This document shows positions 28,678 to 36,650 of a stretch of DNA of 64,000 bases, piece by piece. The first letter of the stretch is position 1, and the number at the start of each line of letters is the position of its first letter. Under the pieces are notes generated by a model. The model saw only the letters and a list, made by a program, of their open reading frames with translations, was not told where the DNA came from and searched no databases. Origin of the DNA: Clostridia bacterium. GTDB lineage: Bacteria > Bacillota > Clostridia > Oscillospirales > CAG-382. The stretch lies in the NCBI GenBank assembly GCA_017429165.1, contig JAFRPL010000014.1, positions 2,113 through 66,112 on the forward strand, read 5' to 3'. The position numbers were made by a program, and so were the translations under genes.

Positions 28678-29907
28678 TTATTTTTTGGAATTCTTACGCT
28701 CCACGGCGGCGACCATGGAAACGGGAAGTCCCCACAGGTTGATGAATCCGTTGGCGTCTTTCTGATCGTATACGGCGTCTTCGCCGAAGGTGGCGATCTC
28801 TTCGGAATAGAGCGACCAGTCGCTCCACACGCCGGCTTTGATTATATTGCCCTTGTAAAGCTTTAACTTTACTTTGCCGGTAACGCGTTCCTGCGTCTTT
28901 GTGACGAAAGCCGAAAGCGCCTCGCGCAGAGGCGTATACCACTGGCCGTTGTAAAGCAGATCGGCGAACGATACCGAAAGCTCGGCTTTTTTATGCTGCG
29001 TCATTTTATCCAAAGTGATCGTCTCGAGGTATTCGTGCGCGAAATAGAGTATGGCGCCGCCGGGCGTTTCGTACACGCCGCGGCTCTTCATGCCTACAAG
29101 ACGGTTTTCCACAAGGTCCAGAAGTCCTATGCCGTTGGCGCCGCCCAGCTTGTTGAGCTCGAGTATTATTTCTTTGGCGCTCTTCTTTTCGCCGTTCAGG
29201 GCGACGGGACGGCCTTTTTCGAATTCCAGCGTGAGCTCGGCGGGAGTATCGGGCGCGTCCTGCGGCGAAACGCCCATTTCCAAAAAGCCCTTCTTTTGAT
29301 AAAGCGGCTCGTTGCCGGGATCTTCGAGATCGAGACCTTCGTGCGAAAGGTGCCACAGGTTTTTATCCTTGGAATAGTTGGTCTCGCGGTTGATCTTGAG
29401 CGGGACGTTGTGAGATTCGGCGTAATCTATCTCTTCCTCGCGGCTCTTAATGTCCCATTCGCGCCAGGGAGCGATTATCTTCATGCCGGGGGCGAACGCC
29501 TTTATGGCAAGCTCGAACCTCACCTGGTCGTTTCCCTTTCCGGTGCAGCCATGGCAGATGGCGTCGGCTTTTTCGGCGACGGCGATCTCGGCAAGCCTGC
29601 GCGCTATCACGGGGCGCGCCATGGCGGTGCCAAGCAGATACCCTTCGTATTTTGCGCCCGCCTGCACGGTGGGGATTATGACCTCTTCCACGAATTCCTC
29701 GGTGAGATCTTCCACGTAAAGCTTGGAAGCGCCGGTCCTGAGCGCGCGCTCCTCGAGCCCTTCGAGCTCGTCCGCCTGACCGACGTTGCCGGCGACGGCG
29801 ATAATTTCGGGATCGTTATAGTTTTCCTTGAGCCACGGGATGATGACCGAGGTATCGAGCCCGCCCGAATAAGCGAGCACTATTTTTTTGATATTTTCTT
29901 TTGCCAT
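28678..29907 (-). CDS. argG: Argininosuccinate synthase
   Basis: AYSGGLDTS and [13 protein letters not shown] motifs, 409 aa, GGAGGT RBS. Confidence 0.95.
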   Translation of the reverse strand: MAKENIKKIVLAYSGGLDTSVIIPWLKENYNDPEIIAVAGNVGQADELEGLEERALRTGASKLYVEDLTEEFVEEVIIPTVQAGAKYEGYLLGTAMARPVIARRLAEIAVAEKADAICHGCTGKGNDQVRFELAIKAFAPGMKIIAPWREWDIKSREEEIDYAESHNVPLKINRETNYSKDKNLWHLSHEGLDLEDPGNEPLYQKKGFLEMGVSPQDAPDTPAELTLEFEKGRPVALNGEKKSAKEIILELNKLGGANGIGLLDLVENRLVGMKSRGVYETPGGAILYFAHEYLETITLDKMTQHKKAELSVSFADLLYNGQWYTPLREALSAFVTKTQERVTGKVKLKLYKGNIIKAGVWSDWSLYSEEIATFGEDAVYDQKDANGFINLWGLPVSMVAAVERKNSKK

Positions 29908-29980
29908 TATGAATTACCTCCACCGGAAAAATTTAAGTATTATATATATTATCACGCGCGGTCCGAAAACGCAAGAGGAA

Positions 29981-29998
29981 ATTGCAATATTATTCAGG
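29981..29998. promoter_or_regulatory. Putative ArgR/AhrC operator (ARG box) upstream of argGH
   Basis: The reverse complement CCTGAATAATATTGCAAT matches the recalled Firmicute ARG-box pattern (TGAATAA-WW-AT-D-CA) with one mismatch. Confidence 0.45.
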
Positions 29999-30017
29999 AA
30001 AACGCGTTTTTTGTGAT

Positions 30018-30037
30018 GATTTATTCATGATGCAAAG
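30018..30037. promoter_or_regulatory. Second, weaker ARG-box-like site
   Basis: GATTTATTCATGATGCAAAG contains the half sites TGAATAAA and TGCA. It lies about 2 helical turns from the first box. Confidence 0.3.
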
Positions 30038-30071
30038 TTTTATACCGCGTTTTTGTGGATATTACTAAAAG

Positions 30072-30107
30072 AAAAAGCCGCGCTTTTCTTAAAAAAGCGC
30101 GGCGCGG
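30072..30107 (-). terminator. Intrinsic terminator after the anti-sigma gene; copy A of an identical 36-bp repeat
   Basis: The minus strand reads GCCGCGCTTTT-ttaag-AAAAGCGCGGC followed by TTTTT. It is identical to 31313-31348. Confidence 0.8.
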
Positions 30108-30120
30108 TGCCTCAGCGATA

Positions 30121-30756
30121 TCACGGACCGGTGCCGGCGCCTCTGAATTCCCATTCGCCCGACTCGGTCTTTGCGTACCAATAAAACCGGTATTTTTCGT
30201 ACCCGAAAAGACAGCTTATGATATTGCCGGGAAAATATTCCGCTAACGTTCTGTGCTTGAAAGTCACGCCAAACAAGAGAAAATCGGTATGCTCCTTATC
30301 GTATTGACGTTCAATTATACTTATGTCGTCGCCCAGATAACGTATGGAAACGAGCTTTGCCGATCTGAAGCCGTCGAACCTTTGAATAATATCGTCGACG
30401 GCGAATTCGAGTTCTTCACGCGCGTAAAGTGCGGATTCGAGATTTTCCACCGTGTACGGTTCAAAAATCTTTATCAGCGCGAAAACGGTAAATATGACCA
30501 AAGCGGTCGCAACGACGCCGATAATAACGCGGCGCGCGACTTTTTTCTTTATCCTTTTTATTGGAGCGCCGACCGCCGCCGGGTCGATTTTGCCTGAAAC
30601 GCTTTCGGGCTTTTCGCTCTTGAACTCTTTCAGCGCGTCGGCGCATTCCGGGCAGGTTTTAAGGTGTTCTTCAACAAAAGCAATACTGCTTTCCGAAAGC
30701 ATGCCGTCCGCATAAAGCGGGAGCAGATCTTTTAATATATCACATTCGTTTTTCAT
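30121..30756 (-). CDS. Anti-sigma factor (zf-HC2 N-terminus, one TM, extracytoplasmic C-terminal domain)
   Basis: HLKTCPECADAL motif. TM VIIGVVATALVIFTVFALIKIF. ATGA overlap with the ECF sigma gene. Confidence 0.75.
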   Translation of the reverse strand: MKNECDILKDLLPLYADGMLSESSIAFVEEHLKTCPECADALKEFKSEKPESVSGKIDPAAVGAPIKRIKKKVARRVIIGVVATALVIFTVFALIKIFEPYTVENLESALYAREELEFAVDDIIQRFDGFRSAKLVSIRYLGDDISIIERQYDKEHTDFLLFGVTFKHRTLAEYFPGNIISCLFGYEKYRFYWYAKTESGEWEFRGAGTGP

Positions 30757-31247
30757 TCTATTCCCTCCATCCGTTCAGCTATGGCTTTTTTCGCGCGGTA
30801 ATAAGTGACGCACGCCCAGTTCGCGGTCTTTCCGAACAGCGCGCCTATTTCATCGTAACTCATCTCGGCAAACACCCGCCACATAAAAACCTCTTTATAC
30901 ATTTTAGGCAGATCGTGCAGCGCGCGTCTTATGCGCCGGACATCGTCGCGGTCTATGACCGCCGATTCCACGCTCTGACCGCCGTCCGTTAAAAAGGCGC
31001 TGTTTGCGTAGTCCTCCAGACTGACGACCCTGCCCTTCTTTTTCATATATGTCAGATAGCAGTTATCGGCGATACGGCAAAGCCATGTGAATATGCCGCA
31101 TTCGCCCCTGAAACCGCCTATTGATCTGAGCGCTTTGAAGAAAGTCTCGCAGGTGACCTCTTCGGCTGTATCCTCGCTGCCTGATCTGCGTAAGACATAG
31201 CGGTAGATGGGTTCGAAATAAGTTTTATATACGTCTTCAAAATCCAA
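30753..31247 (-). CDS. ECF-type RNA polymerase sigma factor
   Basis: 164 aa. Region 2 is YRYVLRRSGSEDTAEEVTCETFFKA. Region 4 is EVFMWRVFAEMSYDEIGALFGKTANWACVTYYRAKKAI. The start is TTG behind GGAAGGGGGA. Confidence 0.85.
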   Translation of the reverse strand: MDFEDVYKTYFEPIYRYVLRRSGSEDTAEEVTCETFFKALRSIGGFRGECGIFTWLCRIADNCYLTYMKKKGRVVSLEDYANSAFLTDGGQSVESAVIDRDDVRRIRRALHDLPKMYKEVFMWRVFAEMSYDEIGALFGKTANWACVTYYRAKKAIAERMEGIE

Positions 31248-31312
31248 AGCTATTTCGTCCCCCTTCCGATACTATAGACTCTCGAAACGGCAAAATCTTA
31301 CAATTTCAGTAA

Positions 31313-31348
31313 AAAAAGCCGCGCTTTTCTTAAAAAAGCGCGGCGCGG
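31313..31348 (-). terminator. Intrinsic terminator directly after tmk; copy B of the 36-bp repeat
   Basis: Same 36 nt as 30072-30107. It begins 1 nt after the tmk stop codon. Confidence 0.8.
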
Positions 31349-31349
31349 A

Positions 31350-31982
31350 TCATTCGAAATATATCTTTACTGCGTTCCAGACGTCTTCGGCGATATCGGA
31401 TACCGGTCTGTCGCCGTCGATGACGACTACGTTTTCGGCGTCCTTGGTGAGCTCGAACGATTTGAGATAATTCCCGCGCACGGCGGTTTGGCGCGCGAGC
31501 GTTTCGAAAAGCTCGGTGCTTTCGCGGTTTTTGCGAATCCGTTCCATGGCTTTTTCCGGGGTGATATCTATAAACAAAGTGATATCGGGGCGCAGTATGC
31601 CTGCGGCGACCGAATTGGCTTGCATCACCCATTCCATAGGCATATCCACGCTGTGATACGCATACGAGGAAAAATAATATCTGTCGCATATGACGGCTCT
31701 GCCGCTTTGGACTATGCCGAGCATGCCGTATTCTTCGGAAAGCAGGTGGTCGAGCCTGTCGGCGACGAACAGCGCCGCTATGACGCGGTTATCGGCTTTG
31801 GCGTTGCCGGAAAGAATACTGCGTATAAAGCGGCCGATCTTTTCGTCGGTCGGTTCGCGCGTGGGGTATACGGGTATCCCAATAGCGGAAAGCCGGCGGC
31901 AAAGCAGGTTTTTCTGCGTTGTCTTGCCGCTGCCGTCGATCCCTTCAAAGACTATAAAAGGCGCGCGTTTTTGTGTTTTCAT
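31350..31982 (-). CDS. tmk: dTMP (thymidylate) kinase
   Basis: MKTQKRAPFIVFEGIDGSGKTTQ (P-loop). ATG 31982 follows AGGAGG. The longer track ORF (to 32372) overlaps the upstream gene and is Arg-rich junk. Confidence 0.9.
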   Translation of the reverse strand: MKTQKRAPFIVFEGIDGSGKTTQKNLLCRRLSAIGIPVYPTREPTDEKIGRFIRSILSGNAKADNRVIAALFVADRLDHLLSEEYGMLGIVQSGRAVICDRYYFSSYAYHSVDMPMEWVMQANSVAAGILRPDITLFIDITPEKAMERIRKNRESTELFETLARQTAVRGNYLKSFELTKDAENVVVIDGDRPVSDIAEDVWNAVKIYFE

Positions 31983-32011
31983 ACGATGACCTCCTGTGCT
32001 CGTCCCGGCGC

Positions 32012-33136
32012 TCACAGCGCGCAGAGCGGCAGTATTACGCTTTTTTCGGGCACGCCGCCGTTTGCCAGAAGCGCTAAAGCGGCTATGTTGAAATTGGAGT
32101 TTTCCGCCATGCGGAACAGTTCGCTCGTGAGCGCGACGAGCGCGTTTATATCGCCTTCGCCCGCAAGCGAGCAGACCGACGATACTTTCCACACCGCGTA
32201 CAGCGCCGCCAGAGCCGCGAACGCGTGATAGATATCGTAACGCAGATCGCCGTAGAACGGAAAACCGTCGTAAAAGACGTGATTGACGAGCACCTGCTCG
32301 CACATGATTTCCCATCCGGGAAAGCGTTTTAAAAATTCTTTTTCCATTCCCCCGTATTCGCTCGCGGCGCACGCCGCGGCGTAACGCTCTATGGGGTAGC
32401 GTTCCGCAAGCCGCGAAAGCATATATGCGGCGGTTTCAAATCCGCTCGTATCGCGTTCGCCTGCCGCGCGTTCGGGGGAAAGCGAAGCGCATTCTTCAAG
32501 CGCGCGTTCGATCCCGCTTATTCCGCGTGCGGCGAACCCGTCACGCAGTACGGCAGCGAGTTTTTCGCAGAACGCAAGGCGTCCGGAGACCGTATATTCC
32601 CTGTTTTGCAGCGCGGAAACGAACAGTTTGCGCACCGGAACGTAGAAACGCGTTATCATGTCGTCGCTCCGTTTGGGGAGTTCATAGGCGAATTCCAGCG
32701 GTATTCTGACGAACCGCATGCGGTCAGTTTTTTCAAAGAGCTGTTCACACACGCGCTCGCACGAGGCGGAAAGAGCGCATTCGTCGGCGCGGAGCGTGCG
32801 CGGACTGCGAGGATAGTAGCGGCAGACCGCCGAAAGCGCGTCCTCGCCGCATTCGCGCTGAAGCATACACAGTCCGTCGGGCCGCAGCATGGGGCAATCG
32901 CCGGTGTAGGTGCGCGAAAATTCGGCGTAACGTTCGAGAGTGGCGTCGCGCAATATGTGCAGCGAGCGGTCGAGCCGTTCGCGCAGATCGCGCCCGCATT
33001 CCATCCCTACGAGCTTGAAATAATCGCGCATCGAAACGGTTATGTGCCAGCCGAAGCAGCAGTTGCGCGTGCATTTTTCGGCTTTGCAGGTAAATTCCGG
33101 ATAAATATCGGGTACGGTGAAGATGCGTTTTTCCGT
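32012..33136 (-). CDS. FliB/YkgJ-type CxxxCxxxCC-domain protein (flagellin lysine-N-methylase-like); the start codon is problematic
   Basis: CPMLRPDGLCMLQRECG...CRYYPR lies inside track ORF 32012-33031. The family N-terminal motif EFTCKAEKCTRNCCFGWHI is encoded in frame upstream (33032-33136), where there is no ATG/GTG/TTG. ACG at 33136-33134 lies 6 nt after AGAGGA. Confidence 0.55.
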   Translation of the reverse strand, partial: TEKRIFTVPDIYPEFTCKAEKCTRNCCFGWHITVSMRDYFKLVGMECGRDLRERLDRSLHILRDATLERYAEFSRTYTGDCPMLRPDGLCMLQRECGEDALSAVCRYYPRSPRTLRADECALSASCERVCEQLFEKTDRMRFVRIPLEFAYELPKRSDDMITRFYVPVRKLFVSALQNREYTVSGRLAFCEKLAAVLRDGFAARGISGIERALEECASLSPERAAGERDTSGFETAAYMLSRLAERYPIERYAAACAASEYGGMEKEFLKRFPGWEIMCEQVLVNHVFYDGFPFYGDLRYDIYHAFAALAALYAVWKVSSVCSLAGEGDINALVALTSELFRMAENSNFNIAALALLANGGVPEKSVILPLCAL

Positions 33137-33161
33137 ATGGTTTCCTCTTTTCGGGCAAAGT

Positions 33162-34604
33162 CTATTTCATAAACGACCGCAGCAGCGGGTACAGTTCGCG
33201 TTTGAGTTTGGGGATCGCCCAGCGTGAAACGAAGCTCGACCAGTATGTGTAGCCGCCGAGCGTGAGCGAGCGCGGAGTGGCGAGATAATCGTAATAGCCG
33301 TTGACCTGATCTACCGGTACGGTCTTTTCGCCGGTAAACGAGCCGCGCAGCCACAGCGTGATATCCACGAGCGATTCGCCGGGAACGCCCACGAACAGAT
33401 ATCCGCCGAACCGCAGCGCCGTCACCTGAACGGGTATCTCGCGGGAAGCGAGCTCTTCGTCGGTATAGCCGCCGCCGGAAAACACCATCGAATAAAAATG
33501 CCCTTTTCTCCAGCGTTCGTCTATGAGTTTTTTGATCTCGAACGCAGGTCTTCCCTCTTCCAGCGCTTTATCGAGCGCCGCCTGAGCGGATTCGACGCGC
33601 CCTTCGTAATCGCTCGCTTCCGCGCGCGAGCGTGGAAAATCGTCTTTTACCGGCAGCTTTATTTCAAACGTTTCGGTCCTGAAAACCGCTTTGGTATCCA
33701 CGGGACGCGAACGCCCGCGAAACTCGTTTATCATCTTTTTGCCGATAAGCGCGGCGATACGGCGGCATTCCTCCGCGGAAGCCGTGTATGTGCATTTGTT
33801 TGCGCAATCCTTTTTGACCGCCAGATCGGCGCACGGTCCGTTTATGTACATTCCGGTCCCGCCGAATTCGCGTTCCAGGATCCCGGTCAGATACCCCGGC
33901 CAGTCGAAATCGTAGCGGTATTCTTTCAGGCGGTCGGGGTTTTCGCTGTGTTCGAACAACACCGCCACGTCGGGGTGCGCCGCGAACCGGCTGAGCGTGC
34001 CGAGCGTTTTGCCCGCTTTGTTTTTGAAAACGAAAAGATACGCCTTTTCGTCGACCGCGTTATCGAAATAAACGCCTTTTTCAAGCGATTCGAGTTTGGG
34101 CGCGTATCCGCGCAGCAGCATCACTGAAGGATCGTTCGTGTACGGGACGCCGTCTTTATCGAATTCCAGCCCGCGCCAGACCGTGACGCCGCCGAGACCT
34201 TCCACGTACTGTTCGCGGTTCATGGTGAATTCCGTGCCCATATGGATATCGCACGCGGAACATTCGCATTCCTCGGCGCGCGACAACATGGCTCTGACTT
34301 CTTCGGCGGAACGCGAAATGATCATATCCATCGGCTCGCCGCACAGTTCTTTTCCGCCCGGGGCGGCGTGGATCTGCAGCTCGTGAAACCATATGCTTTT
34401 TTGCGGAATGCCTGTCAGTTCGGAAACACGCGCGGTAAAGCGGCGCGCTTCGGTATGAAACGTGCCGGCGAGGTCGAACGCGCAGATAAGCGCCTGCTCC
34501 GAACCGCTTTGCAGATACAAAAATCTGCCGTAAAGTCCGGTGCCGTATTCCCACTGCTCTTTGAACGTGCCTTTAAGCGATATCTTGCCGAATGCGCATT
34601 TCAT
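33162..34604 (-). CDS. Hypothetical protein, neutral/alkaline ceramidase-like fold (weak)
   Basis: 480 aa, GAGGTGA RBS. The overall pattern resembles bacterial ceramidase-N-like proteins: N-terminal MKCAFGK..., FDLAG...IPQKSIWFHELQIHAAPG, and C-terminal GVPGESLV...VNGYYDYLATP...LGGYTY. Recognition is by eye only. Confidence 0.45.
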   Translation of the reverse strand: MKCAFGKISLKGTFKEQWEYGTGLYGRFLYLQSGSEQALICAFDLAGTFHTEARRFTARVSELTGIPQKSIWFHELQIHAAPGGKELCGEPMDMIISRSAEEVRAMLSRAEECECSACDIHMGTEFTMNREQYVEGLGGVTVWRGLEFDKDGVPYTNDPSVMLLRGYAPKLESLEKGVYFDNAVDEKAYLFVFKNKAGKTLGTLSRFAAHPDVAVLFEHSENPDRLKEYRYDFDWPGYLTGILEREFGGTGMYINGPCADLAVKKDCANKCTYTASAEECRRIAALIGKKMINEFRGRSRPVDTKAVFRTETFEIKLPVKDDFPRSRAEASDYEGRVESAQAALDKALEEGRPAFEIKKLIDERWRKGHFYSMVFSGGGYTDEELASREIPVQVTALRFGGYLFVGVPGESLVDITLWLRGSFTGEKTVPVDQVNGYYDYLATPRSLTLGGYTYWSSFVSRWAIPKLKRELYPLLRSFMK

Positions 34605-34611
34605 AAAACGC

Positions 34612-35106
34612 TCACCTCAAAATGTTTTCCGCGGCGGAAGCCCCGGTGACGGCGAAAAGATCTTTCGGCGCGAGCGCCAGCTGACAGCCGCGCATCCCCG
34701 CGGATATCGTCATGATTCCGTACCCCAGCGCGGAGGAATCTATATACACGGGGTACTTTTTGCGCATACCAATGGGCGAACAGCCGCCGCGCACGTATCC
34801 CGTAGCGGGGAGCAGTTCTTTTACCGCCAGAAGCTCGAACCTTTTGTTGCCGCTGACTGCCGCTGCCCGCTTGGTATCGAGCGCGGCGCACACCGGGATG
34901 CAGAACACGGCTATGCCGTTTTTGTCGCCTCTGCCCACCAGAGTCTTGAATACCTATTCGGGCGGGAACCCCACGGTATGCGCTATGGTCTCGCCGAGCG
35001 TGGCGGAATCTTCCGTTATATCGGGATCGTAAAAGCGCGGTTCGTACGCCACGCCCGCTTTTTCGAGTTCGCGCATGGCGTTGGTCTTGGGCAGATCCTT
35101 TTTCAT
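34612..35106 (-). pseudogene. ybaK: Cys-tRNA(Pro)/Cys-tRNA(Cys) deacylase YbaK/EbsC homologue interrupted by an in-frame TAG (codon 51)
   Basis: ATG 35106 overlaps the upstream stop as ATGA. The translation is MKKDLPKTNAMRELEKAGVAYEP...VGFPPE*VFKTLVGRGDKNGIAVFCIP...GYVRGGCSPIG. The TAG at 34956-34954 aligns with the Q of E. coli YbaK PDQVYKTLL. Confidence 0.75.
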
Positions 35107-36629
35107 TTGCGGAAAACGCCTTCCTTGAGTTTTTCTATCTGGATATCGGTAAGCGCCACCGTTTCAAAAAACGCAACTCCCGCGGCGCCGGCGCGGCGGC
35201 ACGCTTCGACCTGTTTGGTCGATTCTATTACGGGAAGATGCCCGTACATGGGCGAGATGCCCGAAACGTTGGGCGCTTCGCCGTACTGTTCCACCATAAA
35301 GCGTATCTGTTTTTCAACGTCTTTTGCGTCGGAAAGGTACGCCATGGGGAAGATATAGTCGAGCCAGCGCTGTTTTACCCAGTACAGCCAGTTCTGGCAC
35401 TTGAGCTTTATTGCCTCGTTCGGGTCGCCGAACACGGCGGTGGAAAGCTTGACGTTCCTGCCTTTTGCGTTGAGATCCGCCACCATTTCGACAATGCGTT
35501 TGACGTAAGACGTGACGCGGGAGGCGCGCCAGTTGACGAATTCGGTCCATTCGGGGTCGTTGACCGAGTTTATCTTGTCGATATCTATGCCGCTTTCGGC
35601 GAAGAACATACACTTGGTCTGTTCTTCAAAGCCGGCGGAATGATCGATATCCTTTATTACGGGATAGCGTATATAATCGAGCTGTATGCCGTCGAAATCG
35701 TATTTTTCGAGCAGCTCGCGGTACAGATCCACGAGCAGATCGTGCACCTCCTGAAGAGCGGGGTTGAGGAATATGAAGCAATCCCAGCCGTCGACATATA
35801 TGCCGCCCGAGCGCGTGCGCGCAATGAGATCGGGGCGCAATCTGAGCATGGCGTTGTCTTCGCCTTGCACGCCGAAGAAGAAATCCTCCAGCCACGCGTG
35901 GATCTGCACGCCTTGCTTTTTGCCCTGCTTTATGAATTCTTCGATGATATCGCAGTCGGCGTTTTCGAGCTCTTTTCTGAGCGGCAGCCACGGCTTGACC
36001 GTCTTGGCGGCGTTGGCGTAACCCTCGTAGTTCGTTTCGATAAGTATCATATTGAAGCCCGCGTCTTTTAGCCTGCTTACCGTAGCTTCCACCTGTTTCG
36101 CGCTAGTCTCTTTGGGGCGGTGCCAGATGGCGCGTATCTCGTCTTCTCTGGTCTCGGCGGTGAGATAATACGCTTCTTCGGCCGCCTCTTCCGCGGCTTT
36201 TACGTCGCCTTTTTCGATAGCGGCGGAGGCGCGTTCGATCTCGCTCACCGCGCGGTCGATATAAAAGCTCTGATTCGACATCACGAGCTTTTCAAAGCGC
36301 TGCTTTATAACGTCCAGCTTCTGCTTTGCGCCGTATATTCGCGAAGAATCGTCGATAACTATATCGAGCACGCCCTCTTCCCTGTCGAACTCCGCCTTTG
36401 CGCCAGCGCAGAGCGAACGCACGGCCTCTGCTCCTTTGCCGTGGCCGGATATGACGTATCCGTTCGCAGGGACGGCGTTATCGTTGGAGCCGACGCGGAC
36501 CACCACACCGTCTTCGACGACGGCTTCAATTCCGTAAGGATTGGTCCCGGTGGACGGGATATTTTCGTAGACAACTATTTCGTCCGCCAGGCGCGGACCG
36601 TTGATGTGAGAGACTTTGAACTGCGGCAT
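35103..36629 (-). CDS. Glycoside-hydrolase-like family 10 (GHL10/DUF187, YngK-like) protein
   Basis: 508 aa with a TIM-barrel-like pattern: FNMILIETNYEGY, GVQIHAWLEDFFFG, FDGIQLDYIRYP. GGAGGT RBS. Confidence 0.7.
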   Translation of the reverse strand: MPQFKVSHINGPRLADEIVVYENIPSTGTNPYGIEAVVEDGVVVRVGSNDNAVPANGYVISGHGKGAEAVRSLCAGAKAEFDREEGVLDIVIDDSSRIYGAKQKLDVIKQRFEKLVMSNQSFYIDRAVSEIERASAAIEKGDVKAAEEAAEEAYYLTAETREDEIRAIWHRPKETSAKQVEATVSRLKDAGFNMILIETNYEGYANAAKTVKPWLPLRKELENADCDIIEEFIKQGKKQGVQIHAWLEDFFFGVQGEDNAMLRLRPDLIARTRSGGIYVDGWDCFIFLNPALQEVHDLLVDLYRELLEKYDFDGIQLDYIRYPVIKDIDHSAGFEEQTKCMFFAESGIDIDKINSVNDPEWTEFVNWRASRVTSYVKRIVEMVADLNAKGRNVKLSTAVFGDPNEAIKLKCQNWLYWVKQRWLDYIFPMAYLSDAKDVEKQIRFMVEQYGEAPNVSGISPMYGHLPVIESTKQVEACRRAGAAGVAFFETVALTDIQIEKLKEGVFRK

Positions 36630-36650
36630 TTGATTTACCTCCGGTCATTA

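Noticed and set aside
30072-31348. Integron cassette with attC sites flanking the ECF module
   Set aside because: The 36-bp repeats lack the R''/L''-L'/R' (RYYYAAC...GTTRRRY) organisation. They are perfect simple hairpins with U-tails, that is, terminators. There is no intI nearby.
31983-32372. Upstream extension of the tmk ORF (340-aa track ORF)
   Set aside because: It overlaps the 3' end of the FliB-like gene in another frame. The Tmk P-loop N-terminus begins at ATG 31982 behind AGGAGG.
34954-34956. TAG reassignment, pyrrolysine or an alternative genetic code as the explanation for the ybaK amber
   Set aside because: TAG terminates at least four well-defined genes in this window at positions that give normal protein lengths: the ceramidase-like gene, divIC, yabQ and yabO. 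No pyl genes or PYLIS-like context are visible here. A local nonsense mutation or sequencing error is more parsimonious.
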